From an uncultured Azospirillum sp. (GTDB taxonomy: Bacteria; Pseudomonadota; Alphaproteobacteria; RF32; CAG-239), in NCBI GenBank assembly GCA_946623145.1, contig CAMOQT010000003.1:1-42630 (forward strand): a stretch of 42,630 bases of DNA, read 5' to 3'. The notes under the pieces are model-generated. The model was not told the DNA's origin and did not search any database. It saw nothing but the letters and a program-made list of their open reading frames with translations. A program made the translations under genes and the position numbers. This document shows positions 28,067-37,871 of the stretch, piece by piece. Numbering within the stretch: the first letter of the stretch is position 1; each line of letters begins with the position of its first letter.

Positions 28067-28080
28067 ATTTCAGTGATTCA

Positions 28081-28111
28081 AAAAAATGAGATGCTTTGCA
28101 TCTCATTTTTT
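28081..28111. terminator. Bidirectional terminator
   Basis: aaaaaatgagatgc-ttt-gcatctcatttttt. Confidence 0.85.
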
Positions 28112-28115
28112 ATTT

Positions 28116-29081
28116 TTAAAATTCTTGTTTTAAATTTCGATCAAACATGCTTCGAATCGCTGACTTTATATCTTGTTTTTCATAAATCGCTTTATACAAT
28201 GCTTGGCTAATCGGCATATCAATATGTTCTTTATCTGCAATTAACTTAACAGCTTTTAAAGTTGGTACACCTTCAGCCAATTTGCCAAATGCTTCACCTT
28301 TAGCAAATTGCTCTCCATACATACGATTGTGACTATGTTTAGAAAATAATGTTGCCTCATAATCTCCTAAATGGGCTAATCCGTAAGCAGTCTTTGGATT
28401 TCCACCAAAATGGGCTATAAAGCGACCAACTTCAACCGGTGCACGAGCCATCAAAGCTCCTTTTAAGCCGTACCATTCCAAACCATCTAAAATACCTGCG
28501 GCTAAGCCAATAACATTTTTTAATGCGGCTCCAATTTGATTTCCAATTAAATCTGCTCCGAAATAAAAACGAATTAACTCACTTTGCATCATATCTATAA
28601 CATGGCGCGTTGTTTCCGGCTCATCACTATCAATAACCGCGCAAGATGGTACTTTTTTCATATAATCTTGAACATGTCCAGGTCCAGCCAAAACTGCAAT
28701 ATGAACAGGTTGTGATACTTCTTCACGCATAATTTGATACATTGTTTTTGCAGTACTTTCTTCAAGCCCTTTCATAGCTAACAAAAAGGTTTTTCCGGCG
28801 ATATTATAGCCGTTTAACTGCTTACATAATGAACGAAAATGCTGACATCCGATAGAAATAATAATGAAATCATTTTGTAAAACATCTTCAATATTTTCAT
28901 GTAAAATCATATTATTTGTCATACACAAATAACTGTTTTTTCGAGTTTCTTTCAGTTCAATAAAATTCGGAGAGGTCGGAATATCGTACATATCGACGTT
29001 ATCAAACTTTGCACAATTAACGGAGTACCAGCCTAAAAATGTCCCCCAGCGCCCGCAACCGATTAATGAAGAATTTGTCAT
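28116..29081 (-). CDS. gpsA: NAD(P)H-dependent glycerol-3-phosphate dehydrogenase
   Basis: GCGRWG, KGLE, GAALKNVI, GLAHLGD, SHNR, AEGV. Confidence 0.92.
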   Translation of the reverse strand: MTNSSLIGCGRWGTFLGWYSVNCAKFDNVDMYDIPTSPNFIELKETRKNSYLCMTNNMILHENIEDVLQNDFIIISIGCQHFRSLCKQLNGYNIAGKTFLLAMKGLEESTAKTMYQIMREEVSQPVHIAVLAGPGHVQDYMKKVPSCAVIDSDEPETTRHVIDMMQSELIRFYFGADLIGNQIGAALKNVIGLAAGILDGLEWYGLKGALMARAPVEVGRFIAHFGGNPKTAYGLAHLGDYEATLFSKHSHNRMYGEQFAKGEAFGKLAEGVPTLKAVKLIADKEHIDMPISQALYKAIYEKQDIKSAIRSMFDRNLKQEF

Positions 29082-29176
29082 AATTATTCCTTTATCAGAT
29101 TATTACTTAATATCCTATACCTAGCGCAAATTTGAAAGATTTGCAACATGATACGGCAATAACTCACAAGAGGTTG

Positions 29177-29536
29177 TTAAGAAGCTGAGCTTTTATTGTG
29201 TTGGCGGGCAACGATAGCATTAATATAATCAAATTCTTCAAAAGATTTGTAGGCATTATCATAACTTTTGCCATCACAATCATAAAAAACTTGATTCGCC
29301 AGGGATTTAATGGCGTTATCTATACGCTCAAAAGCGTGATTATAATCGGAATTAAAATTATTTTTAACTTTCTTTTGAACTAAATCATGATAGGCAGAAA
29401 TAACCTTAAGAGTCTCGTCTGCCGAATTGGCATAACCGCGCTGCTCAAAGTCTTTCATAATTTGAGCTGTGGTCTGGTAAAAGCATTTATTTGTTAAAAT
29501 TCCTCTTTGCTTTTTATTGTTGCCATCAATAATCAT
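29177..29536 (-). CDS. Hypothetical protein
   Basis: Open frame filling the gap, no motif recognised. Start uncertain (ATG 29536 or TTG 29548). Confidence 0.55.
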   Translation of the reverse strand: MIIDGNNKKQRGILTNKCFYQTTAQIMKDFEQRGYANSADETLKVISAYHDLVQKKVKNNFNSDYNHAFERIDNAIKSLANQVFYDCDGKSYDNAYKSFEEFDYINAIVARQHNKSSAS

Positions 29537-29675
29537 GATACACCCCAATTAAAAACGTAATTTTATCTAACATAAAATCTTTTAAAATGCAAGTCCGCAT
29601 TCAAATTTATATGCTTTTAAAGTAACATACGGATATTAAAAAGATATTAAAGTAACTTTTTTTATCAAAAATTAT

Positions 29676-29707
29676 AAAAAAGAGAGGATTTCTCCTCTCT
29701 TTTTTTT
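29676..29707. terminator. Terminator of the PilV-like gene
   Basis: aaaaaagagagga-tttc-tcctctctttttt, just after the stop at 29713. Confidence 0.85.
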
Positions 29708-29712
29708 CAGAC

Positions 29713-32700
29713 TTACCAAGCATTGAGTCGTCCACGATTATCATTCAATCGATTGATATAACTCGTTGTGTTAGCTTTGCTATCAGCTTTTACTGTCGGG
29801 TTACGGTAATTATCTATTTGATCATACTCACTATCAATCAAACTTGGATTGAAGCTTGCATTTTTACGGTTAAAGTAGCAATAAACCGTCGCATAGCCTT
29901 CCAAAGTTCCGGCATAAACCGGGAACATATTCCAGATAATTTTACTGCTATCATCAGCACCTGTATAATCAAAAGCATTACCCCCTGTTGTACCACCAGC
30001 ATGATCAATATAATCCTTATATAAATTATACGGATAGATAAAGCCCATGCCGACATCCCATCCTCTGAAATTAGTAGAGGTAGCACAATTACCATCACAA
30101 TATTTATCAGCGAAACTCTTCAGCCATGTATTTTTCTGATAATAAAGCGGAGTCGGAGCCGCATCTATTGCTGTTCCGTCTAAGTAATCGTACGGACTTT
30201 TAACAACATACGGAACGGATAAATCCGGGTGAGCTTTCCATGCAGTATAACTATCATCTCCTTTTGAATAAGGGATACCTGCCTGTGCCATAGAAATACT
30301 TGCCGGAACCATAGTTATAACTTTTGAGTATCCCGGAGGACAAGTCGGGCTCGGCACGAAACCACCCCATGGACTAACCTCTTGATAAATACTGTTACAA
30401 GTTCCAATACCACCTAAATCTTTATATCCTTTATTCGTTGTAAGACCTTTTGCTTCATATTCACTAAGCTTTAATCCTGTACCACCGCAAGAAGTTACTC
30501 CTTTTGCCGGATAGGTATTATCAACGACATAAATACCTTTATTAATAAAATCAGGTAAAATATCGCTCAGGCGTGCACCGCCGCGGGTAGTTAATTTAAT
30601 ATCATGCATCACAGAGGTATATCCTGGATTGATTTGATAATGTGTTTCTGTTTCTCCATTTATTAATGCATTATTTTCCAATTGCTTGGTTGAAACAAAA
30701 TATTCACCTTTTACATAGTTATTGTAATCTCTTGTTCCACCTTCATCTGCCGTCAAATCACCTGCCGTTAATTCTATTGCACCTTTACGAACATAGACAG
30801 GAACATTATCAGCATTTGCCGTTGTTGTTCTTGCTAAATCGAATTTAACAACATTTTCTGCTGCACTGCCATGTCCTTTCATATAAATTTCATCTGCGGA
30901 AACTTGGGCTGCCGGATTACTGCCAGAATCGAGACTATCTATCGCTTTCATTGTTAATCCGTCAGAATATGCCGTTGTGCCTTCACTTGCTGCTCCCTTT
31001 TGTAAATGCAACGTGCCGTTACGTATATACTGATTTCCATCAGTCATATATGTATCTAACGAATTTATATCGACAGCATTATTTGCTTCTCCTGTTTCTT
31101 TGGATCGTACTTCAAAATAGCCTTTTTCATCATTTAAAGAACTTTCAGGTCTGATTTTAAATGATTCAATTGAGGACAGAACTTTGTCTTTCTCGTCTGA
31201 TTTAAATACTCTGAAGGCTGTGTTGTTTAAGTTAATAGTTCCACTATTGATATCAATATAATATCCATATCCTTCTGTTGCCGCAGAAGTACTGTTGATA
31301 TCAATACTGGAAAGACCACCTTCTCCGGTTATTTTTGTTCCAGAATCTGTCATCTCGTATATACTTTTGTCTGTCTGCATTTTTACTGACGTTGCTTTGG
31401 CGCTATCAGTTCCGACGTCAAAAGTTCTACTTTCGCCATTTTTAGTCATATTAACAAAATCGCTAAACTCCAAATAACCGATATTTCCGGCTTCACCTCC
31501 GGAACCCATCAAATATACTTTGAAGAAATCTTTTCCAAAATTCAAACTTGCAGTATCTCCTGTTCCCTCAGCGCTACTGCTTATAACGGTCAATGCACGA
31601 CCTTTATCACCACCTGAGGCATTTTGGCCAACCGTCAATTTTTCCCGTGCATGTAAATCTTTTGCAGAAAAAGATTCTCCAACCGTGAAATCTCCGCTTA
31701 CGACAGAATTTCCTTTGACTTTTAATGCACAATTTCCTGTTATAGCCTGTGTGTCATCATTATAACTGCAGTCTCCCTCTGCCTCAACTTCAACCGGTTG
31801 TTTAAACGTTGATTGTTCACTTCCGGCGGCACCTGTATTGATTGAAACAATAGGGTCATCAGCTGTTCCAGCAACATAACTTAAGGCTGTGACGGCTGCA
31901 TTTGCTGCTACCTGGAAGGCATCTCCCGCTGCTGAAATTTCGTGACTGACAATTAAATTACCACCAGCACCTTCTTCTCCATCTGCCGCATGAGCTACAA
32001 GATCACCTCCTGTTACCTCAACACCACCATTAGCTAAGGTAATATTTCCCGTTCCATCAAGGAAGATATTTCCGCCACTTGCATCACCTTCTGCTCCGGC
32101 CATTCCTATACGGATATCACCGCTTTTAATATACAAAGCATCATTATCCTGCGACTTATTTTCAGCACCGACGGCTAAATGTCCGATATTTACAATGTCA
32201 TTACCCACCGTATCTGAACCTGCCGCCCCCATATATAATGTCGTCGCCATCGTGTTTAATAAACTGTTTTGTTCTGGTTTGGGGATACGATAAAGCACGC
32301 CGTCTATATCTATTTTTGCATTTTGAGAGGAAATACCTTGGATAGATGCTGCGACAACAGCACCTTTTTTAACGTTAATTCCTAATTCTGTTCTTGTATC
32401 AGAGACACCCCAAATTCCTAAGTTACCGGAAATTGTCCCTGTTGCACTATCACCATCTCCGCTTGTTTCACTAACGAAACCACCGTTACCACCAATCATA
32501 GAAGCTATACTGCTGGCTCGTATTGTCGGGAGTTCATCATTTTGCGGCTCTGTAATAACAAACCCCGTAATGACTCTATCTCCGGGATTTCCTTCAGCAG
32601 TTGTTGCACTTCCCTTTACTTTTAAAACAACCTTATAGTCACTAAACATTCGAGATTCTCTAACGGATCCATCATTATTTAATATACCATAAGGCAAAAA

Positions 32701-33018
32701 CTCACAAAAATGCCCTAAATCAACTTCTTCTGCAGCTTCTGTCGCATTCTCAAAACTTGAAAAATTATGAGAGCTCTCACTACAACTATTTGTTACTGTT
32801 TTTCCTTGACTGATGGCGTCATAATTTGCTGAAATATAATCATCAACAGCTTTGATAATAGCTCGCATTTCACCGGCCGCATTAATATCTTGTAATTCCG
32901 TTGTACGCTCCGCCGATTTTTTATACAGCATAGGCGTAACTAAAGCTATTAAAGCTAACATTGCTAAAGCTTCAATCATTACGCTACCTAATTCTGACTT
33001 ATTTAATTTCTTTTTCAT
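29713..33018 (-). CDS. Large type IV prepilin-like adhesin (PilV/shufflon N-terminal type)
   Basis: Class III signal peptide KLNKSELG|SVMIE (Glu+5) with hydrophobic helix; IASMIGGNGGFV and NTMATTLYMG are PilV-like; Gly/Ser/Thr-rich beta stalk; PTCPPGY near the C-terminus. Confidence 0.75.
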   Translation of the reverse strand: MKKKLNKSELGSVMIEALAMLALIALVTPMLYKKSAERTTELQDINAAGEMRAIIKAVDDYISANYDAISQGKTVTNSCSESSHNFSSFENATEAAEEVDLGHFCEFLPYGILNNDGSVRESRMFSDYKVVLKVKGSATTAEGNPGDRVITGFVITEPQNDELPTIRASSIASMIGGNGGFVSETSGDGDSATGTISGNLGIWGVSDTRTELGINVKKGAVVAASIQGISSQNAKIDIDGVLYRIPKPEQNSLLNTMATTLYMGAAGSDTVGNDIVNIGHLAVGAENKSQDNDALYIKSGDIRIGMAGAEGDASGGNIFLDGTGNITLANGGVEVTGGDLVAHAADGEEGAGGNLIVSHEISAAGDAFQVAANAAVTALSYVAGTADDPIVSINTGAAGSEQSTFKQPVEVEAEGDCSYNDDTQAITGNCALKVKGNSVVSGDFTVGESFSAKDLHAREKLTVGQNASGGDKGRALTVISSSAEGTGDTASLNFGKDFFKVYLMGSGGEAGNIGYLEFSDFVNMTKNGESRTFDVGTDSAKATSVKMQTDKSIYEMTDSGTKITGEGGLSSIDINSTSAATEGYGYYIDINSGTINLNNTAFRVFKSDEKDKVLSSIESFKIRPESSLNDEKGYFEVRSKETGEANNAVDINSLDTYMTDGNQYIRNGTLHLQKGAASEGTTAYSDGLTMKAIDSLDSGSNPAAQVSADEIYMKGHGSAAENVVKFDLARTTTANADNVPVYVRKGAIELTAGDLTADEGGTRDYNNYVKGEYFVSTKQLENNALINGETETHYQINPGYTSVMHDIKLTTRGGARLSDILPDFINKGIYVVDNTYPAKGVTSCGGTGLKLSEYEAKGLTTNKGYKDLGGIGTCNSIYQEVSPWGGFVPSPTCPPGYSKVITMVPASISMAQAGIPYSKGDDSYTAWKAHPDLSVPYVVKSPYDYLDGTAIDAAPTPLYYQKNTWLKSFADKYCDGNCATSTNFRGWDVGMGFIYPYNLYKDYIDHAGGTTGGNAFDYTGADDSSKIIWNMFPVYAGTLEGYATVYCYFNRKNASFNPSLIDSEYDQIDNYRNPTVKADSKANTTSYINRLNDNRGRLNAW

Positions 33019-33028
33019 TGTCAGTCTC

Positions 33029-33838
33029 CTATAAAGCTGTCACATAAATAATACACGGAAATTGAGAATTTAGTTCATTTCCTTGCATACATTGTTGTTG
33101 AAATGTTGTATCATGTTTGTATATGTATGATGGAATAGATTGATTGCGCACATCAATCCCCTGTATGACAAAATCACTGTCCAAATTATTTCTTTCTAAG
33201 TCCGTATGCGTTTTGGGCACTATCAAACCACATGATGAGCCGACTGCCACCTTGCTGTGCATTGCATTATAAAATTCAGCCAAAACTTTACGCGTGGAAA
33301 CATTCTTCCATCTTTCGGGAATACGTCCATAAGTCACTAAATAAACTGCATTATGATCAGGATCATTGCAAAATTCAGGATCTGATGTTTGACCGGCAAC
33401 GACTGTTTGATTTAATGTCACTTCTCCAGTTTCTTCATCTGTCACAGGTTCGTATTCAGAAGCATTCAGGCAGTAAATAGTGGAATAATATGTTTTTTCT
33501 TCGTATTTATAACCGATAGGTAAGAATTTACATAAATCACCTGTTGTGGTCTCTTTTTCCACTTCATTACCATCTTCGTCAACATCTACCGTTTTTTCTC
33601 TTTTACATCCATCAATAGGGCCTGGGGCAATTCCTCCAGTTTCAGGATTCTTATAAAATTCTTCATATTTAGCCTTGGCATATTTTACAGCAGCATCATG
33701 TTGAACCAAAAATTTGGTAATAGCGGCTTCAGCCATTGGGGTTTGTTGCTGACTCATCAAGTCAGCACGGGGGGATAAATTATATGCAGCCAACATTACA
33801 ATAAACGTTGCTAAAACCATCCAAATATACATCGGCAT
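33029..33838 (-). CDS. Type IVb pilus accessory protein, PilM-like N-terminus
   Basis: MPMYIWMVL.. TM then a helical FLVQHDAAVKYA segment resembling type IVb PilM; several Cys; directly upstream of the PilV-like gene. Confidence 0.5.
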   Translation of the reverse strand: MPMYIWMVLATFIVMLAAYNLSPRADLMSQQQTPMAEAAITKFLVQHDAAVKYAKAKYEEFYKNPETGGIAPGPIDGCKREKTVDVDEDGNEVEKETTTGDLCKFLPIGYKYEEKTYYSTIYCLNASEYEPVTDEETGEVTLNQTVVAGQTSDPEFCNDPDHNAVYLVTYGRIPERWKNVSTRKVLAEFYNAMHSKVAVGSSCGLIVPKTHTDLERNNLDSDFVIQGIDVRNQSIPSYIYKHDTTFQQQCMQGNELNSQFPCIIYVTAL

Positions 33839-34009
33839 CCTCGTGAAATGGTTCACTTACAGTAAAGTATACCATAAAATCATCTTAAATTAAACATATT
33901 TTCTGTATTTTAGCGGCATAATCAATAATTATTCGTTAATTTATCTAATGAAGAAAAAAATACTTGACCTTTTAATATAAATTCGGTAAAAGTCTTGCGT
34001 AATCGTGAT

Positions 34010-34099
34010 GGAAAGGTGGCAGAGCGGTTTAATGCAGCGGTCTTGAAAACCGTCGAGGGGGCGACCCCTCCCAGAGTTCGAATCTCTGCCTTTCCGCCA
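34010..34099 (+). tRNA. tRNA-Ser(TGA)
   Basis: GGAAAGG/CCTTTCC acceptor stem, GCGGT-CTTGAAA-ACCGT anticodon arm, long variable arm, GTTCGAATC, encoded CCA. Confidence 0.97.
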
Positions 34100-34104
34100 A
34101 TTCT

Positions 34105-34132
34105 AAAAAAACACTCATAAAGAGTGTTTTTT
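34105..34132 (+). terminator. tRNA terminator
   Basis: aaaaaacactc-ataaa-gagtgtttttt. Confidence 0.8.
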
Positions 34133-34141
34133 ATTTTTTCA

Positions 34142-34287
34142 CTCTGTTCCATAAAACATATTAAAAACACATCAAACAAAGCATTGCTACGCAATCTGTT
34201 CTGTGGATACCGGGTATGCAAAGTCCCGTAGGGCTTGGCTTCCGGCATGACAAAGAAAGAAAAAATACTATTTTTTATGGAACAGAG
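34142..34287. mobile_element. MITE-like element (146 bp) with perfect 15-bp terminal inverted repeats
   Basis: ctctgttccataaaa (34142-34156) and ttttatggaacagag (34273-34287); no transposase inside. Confidence 0.5.
34204..34251. repeat. REP-like palindrome
   Basis: tggataccgg...aagtcc-cgta-gggctt...ccggcatgac; the reverse strand reads GTCATGCCGG...CCGGTATCCA. Confidence 0.5.
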
Positions 34288-34289
34288 CG

Positions 34290-34991
34290 TTATTTTTTCA
34301 ATGTCAGGATAAATATACTTCCTTGATGCCATTTTGATTTTATATCAATTTTTATTTTCAAAATATCTGCTAACTCTTTTACGATTGCCAGCCCCAATCC
34401 CATTCCTTGCTCCTGATTTCGCGGACAACGATAAAAAGCCTTAAATAATTTACGACATTCCTCTTTTTTTAGGCCCCGCCCATCATCTTTTATAATTATT
34501 TTTATTTTATCAGGCAGTTCATACCATTTTAAGTTTATTTTTCTATGTGCATATTTTATCGCATTATGCAAAAGGTTACGAACGATTCTTTCCAGCAGAA
34601 CAACATCCGTTTTATAGGTTATCGCCTTTCCCGAATATGTAAATTTTATATTTTTATATACTGTTATTTCTTGGTATTCTTGAGCGATTCTTTTTAATAA
34701 CTTATCTAAAGAAAAAACTTTAGGCTTTTTTTTCAAGCCTCCGCTTTCCAATTGTGTTAATGACATTAAATTATCTAACCAAGCTTCTAATCCGGCAGCT
34801 GAGTTTTTAATTTTAGAAACCAAATCCGCTTGCTGACTATTCAAATTTTCTTCTTGCAATAAGGCAATCAGAATTTTCAGCGCTTGCAATGGTTGTTTTA
34901 TATCATGGGTTAACTCTGCGTAAAAATAGGCTCTTTTACATTCTATCTCCTCAAATAGCTGCATTTGGCGACGCAGTTGATGTATTTCCAT
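34290..34991 (-). CDS. Sensorless histidine kinase (HisKA + HATPase)
   Basis: H-box THDIKQPL, N-box NLLHNAIKY, DDGRG, GMGLGLAIV. Confidence 0.88.
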   Translation of the reverse strand: MEIHQLRRQMQLFEEIECKRAYFYAELTHDIKQPLQALKILIALLQEENLNSQQADLVSKIKNSAAGLEAWLDNLMSLTQLESGGLKKKPKVFSLDKLLKRIAQEYQEITVYKNIKFTYSGKAITYKTDVVLLERIVRNLLHNAIKYAHRKINLKWYELPDKIKIIIKDDGRGLKKEECRKLFKAFYRCPRNQEQGMGLGLAIVKELADILKIKIDIKSKWHQGSIFILTLKK

Positions 34992-35042
34992 TGCTTTTGT
35001 TATTTTTTTCTCCTATTCTTCTTATATAATTCCTTTATACAC

Positions 35043-35074
35043 AAAAAAAACCTTGCTTATCGCAAGGTTTTTTT
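35043..35074. terminator. Terminator of the ABC operon
   Basis: aaaaaaaaccttgc-ttatc-gcaaggttttttt. Confidence 0.85.
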
Positions 35075-35098
35075 GGGAATTTTTAATCCTGTTAATCG

Positions 35099-36034
35099 TT
35101 ATAATTTCATCATAAATAATATTTTACCCTCATCTTGAGGTAACTTAAACCACCAATTTTTAAATAAGAAAGAATTTGTCTCAACATAATCTTTAATTTT
35201 ATAGCTCGGTAATCTGGTCGTTGAAATATCTATTTTCAGCCAATATTCTTCATAATTACTGTATACACTTAAATCAACAACCAATCCCTCAAAGGTACTG
35301 ATATGGATTTTTTCGACGTACGGATATTTGCTTTCATCAAATTCTTGCGCCGATAAAACCTTTTCATACTGAAGATTCGTTAAAATATCGAAAATTTTAA
35401 CATATTCAAAACGATGATATGTACTTTTATTTTGGGCATAGAGGAAACTGTGTCCTCTTGTTTCCCTACTGATTGTAACATCTTGTTTACTAATAGAATT
35501 AACATCCACACCATCTACAAGATTATTATGTTGCGGTACCCATGAGATTACATTTTCCGGCAATTGTAATTTCCAAGTGGATATATAAATTTTATCATCT
35601 TTGGGATATTTTATGTAATGTTCATCTAGTTCTGAAGCGTTACTTACCATCGCTTCTCCCAATTTTTTATTACTTGCATCAAAAATTTTTATTGTTGTCC
35701 AAGTAAGATCGTTTTTCAGCTCCGGAGCTAAAAAATTCCCGATTTTAGCATTAGCTATTGCATTCATTAAACTCTGAATTTTGTGGAAATTAACATAATA
35801 GTTATCTGCTTCTTCAATACGCCAAACACTCTCATCCTCATATAATGTCAGTTTTTCTGAGGAATTCTCAATAATGATCTTTTTAATATTTTTGATATTA
35901 TCCGATGTCGTGAATATTAAATTACCGCGAAGATTTTCCATCAGTCGGGTATTGGCCGTATATAAACTGACAATCATACACAAAAATAATATAAGCGCTG
36001 CTATCCAAATTTTTTTCAGACTATTTATTATCAT
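35099..36034 (-). CDS. DUF4340-like membrane-anchored periplasmic protein
   Basis: N-terminal TM, WRIEEADNY and TFEGL motifs; usual fourth gene of GldAFG-like operons. Confidence 0.65.
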   Translation of the reverse strand: MIINSLKKIWIAALILFLCMIVSLYTANTRLMENLRGNLIFTTSDNIKNIKKIIIENSSEKLTLYEDESVWRIEEADNYYVNFHKIQSLMNAIANAKIGNFLAPELKNDLTWTTIKIFDASNKKLGEAMVSNASELDEHYIKYPKDDKIYISTWKLQLPENVISWVPQHNNLVDGVDVNSISKQDVTISRETRGHSFLYAQNKSTYHRFEYVKIFDILTNLQYEKVLSAQEFDESKYPYVEKIHISTFEGLVVDLSVYSNYEEYWLKIDISTTRLPSYKIKDYVETNSFLFKNWWFKLPQDEGKILFMMKL

Positions 36035-37862
36035 TAAATTTCTCCTGTATTTTATTCAGACTGCGCCGTGATATCCAACCATATACCCCAATCCAGGCTA
36101 ATAAAATTAGGAATGGAAAAGCGACAAGATTTATAAAAATGATGTTTTGCTTTTTGGAAGAAAAAGTATCTTTGATTTTATAGCTGTAATATTGAAGTTT
36201 TTTTTGTAATTCTTCTATCTTCTCTCTGATTTCACTGTCTCTAAGAGCTGTCATTGCGTTAAATGTTTCAAGTTTTTCTTCTATCAACACTCTTAAGTTA
36301 TTATGTTCTTCGATTAGTTGCTGTAATTCATTTTGCAACCGACTGATTTCAGATAAGTACTGCTCTGCTATTTTAGAATATATTGTACTCCCTAAACTTT
36401 CTTGTGTCATTTTAGTTTGAGATTTGTAAAGTGCGGCCATTTCAGCTTCATTATTGAACATTTCTACTGTTTTAAGAATCAACTGCCCATTGTCATTCAA
36501 ATTTGTCCCGTTCAACCACACATTATCTCTTATAAAATCACTATCTCCAATCACTAATATTTGTGCCGGTTGATTTGAATAAAACAAATAATTGTGTTCT
36601 TTAAAAGTAACAGCTTGTGGAATATTCGTGAAAGCGGAATGAAATTTTCCTTTTATCAAAGATCCTAAAATAAACTCTCTTTGTTCTTCTTTATAACTTT
36701 TTACAATATTTTGTTTATCTTTTAAATTATCGGAAAGATCATAAACGCCACCTTTTTCCAATTTAAGAATCGGAGTCACAATAAAATCATTATCATGATC
36801 CAATTCTTTTATTTCCGAGGCACTTCGCAATTGTATGTTTTTTATTTCCGAAGAGATTCCCTCAATTGGCATTATCGCTGATTTTGGTAGATTTATCCAT
36901 AATGGATATGGTGTTTGATACCATCCATTTTGACTGTCGCCCACAAATTCTTTCTGCCCATATTGTTGTGTGCCGACTACTGTATCTGCCAACTCTATAC
37001 CCCAGTTTTTCAGTAAACCGTTTATCTCATTGAGGTTATCATAGGTTAATTTATATTCCGGTTCCTCAATGTATGTATCTAACAACATAATCAGTTTGCC
37101 TCCGCGCAAAACATACTGATCTAAGGCAAACATCAAAGATATTGGCATTTTAGGTGGAGCAACAACAATTAATGTATCAATACTTTCTGAGATATCACTA
37201 ATATTCATTGGCAATTCGACAAGGTTATATCTGGCTGCAAGTTCATCTAAAAAGGCATATCGTTCAATTTCTTGTCCATATGTTCTTTTGATTATTCTGT
37301 GAATCGGACTAATTAATCCTACTGTTTTGTGTCGTGTTTCATTAAATTTTGTGAGAACGGATGTAATATCTTTTTCTAACCAGAAATCTCTATCCATACT
37401 AAAATCAGAAATAACTTCTTTTTTGCCGTCCGCATCACTAAATAATACGCCAAAATATGAATTTGTCTGTCCCGTCAAAGATGGAATAGGCGCTATTCCT
37501 TCTTTTTGAGCTTCGCTTTCAATATCTGAATATGGTTTTGGATTTTTTAATGCAATAAACATCTTATCCTGGTTGCATTGCTGATATTGCTGTAAAAAGC
37601 GAATAACATATTCCGCATATTTTGCATAAACAGGATTTTCTTGGGCCATATCAGCTGAATAATAAATTGTTATATAGAGTGGTTGAATTAATTTTTGTGT
37701 CTGTTCGCAACTGAATTTTGATAACGAATATTTTTTATTTTCCGTTAAATCCCAAACCATTCGACCGCCTTGCATGCGTGAAAGAGTATTCATTGCTATT
37801 ATGCATACGGCTATCCCTATTAATAAAAACGCAAGATAATATTTTTTGATGCTTTTATTCAT
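36021..37862 (-). CDS. GldG-like ABC auxiliary protein
   Basis: DLTENKKYSLS, LDQYVLRGGK, IGDSDF; coiled coil and C-terminal TM. Confidence 0.85.
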   Translation of the reverse strand: MNKSIKKYYLAFLLIGIAVCIIAMNTLSRMQGGRMVWDLTENKKYSLSKFSCEQTQKLIQPLYITIYYSADMAQENPVYAKYAEYVIRFLQQYQQCNQDKMFIALKNPKPYSDIESEAQKEGIAPIPSLTGQTNSYFGVLFSDADGKKEVISDFSMDRDFWLEKDITSVLTKFNETRHKTVGLISPIHRIIKRTYGQEIERYAFLDELAARYNLVELPMNISDISESIDTLIVVAPPKMPISLMFALDQYVLRGGKLIMLLDTYIEEPEYKLTYDNLNEINGLLKNWGIELADTVVGTQQYGQKEFVGDSQNGWYQTPYPLWINLPKSAIMPIEGISSEIKNIQLRSASEIKELDHDNDFIVTPILKLEKGGVYDLSDNLKDKQNIVKSYKEEQREFILGSLIKGKFHSAFTNIPQAVTFKEHNYLFYSNQPAQILVIGDSDFIRDNVWLNGTNLNDNGQLILKTVEMFNNEAEMAALYKSQTKMTQESLGSTIYSKIAEQYLSEISRLQNELQQLIEEHNNLRVLIEEKLETFNAMTALRDSEIREKIEELQKKLQYYSYKIKDTFSSKKQNIIFINLVAFPFLILLAWIGVYGWISRRSLNKIQEKFNDNK

Positions 37863-37871
37863 TTTTTTCTC

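Noticed and set aside
29177-30400. Shufflon or diversity-generating retroelement acting on the PilV-like C-terminus
   Set aside because: No recombinase, sfx-like repeats, alternative cassettes, reverse transcriptase or template repeat seen in the window.
33922-34332. 136-aa ORF on the minus strand
   Set aside because: Antisense to tRNA-Ser and spans the terminator and MITE-like element; an artefact.
34010-35000. tRNA-anchored prophage or genomic island
   Set aside because: No integrase and no duplicated tRNA 3' end found by eye in the window.
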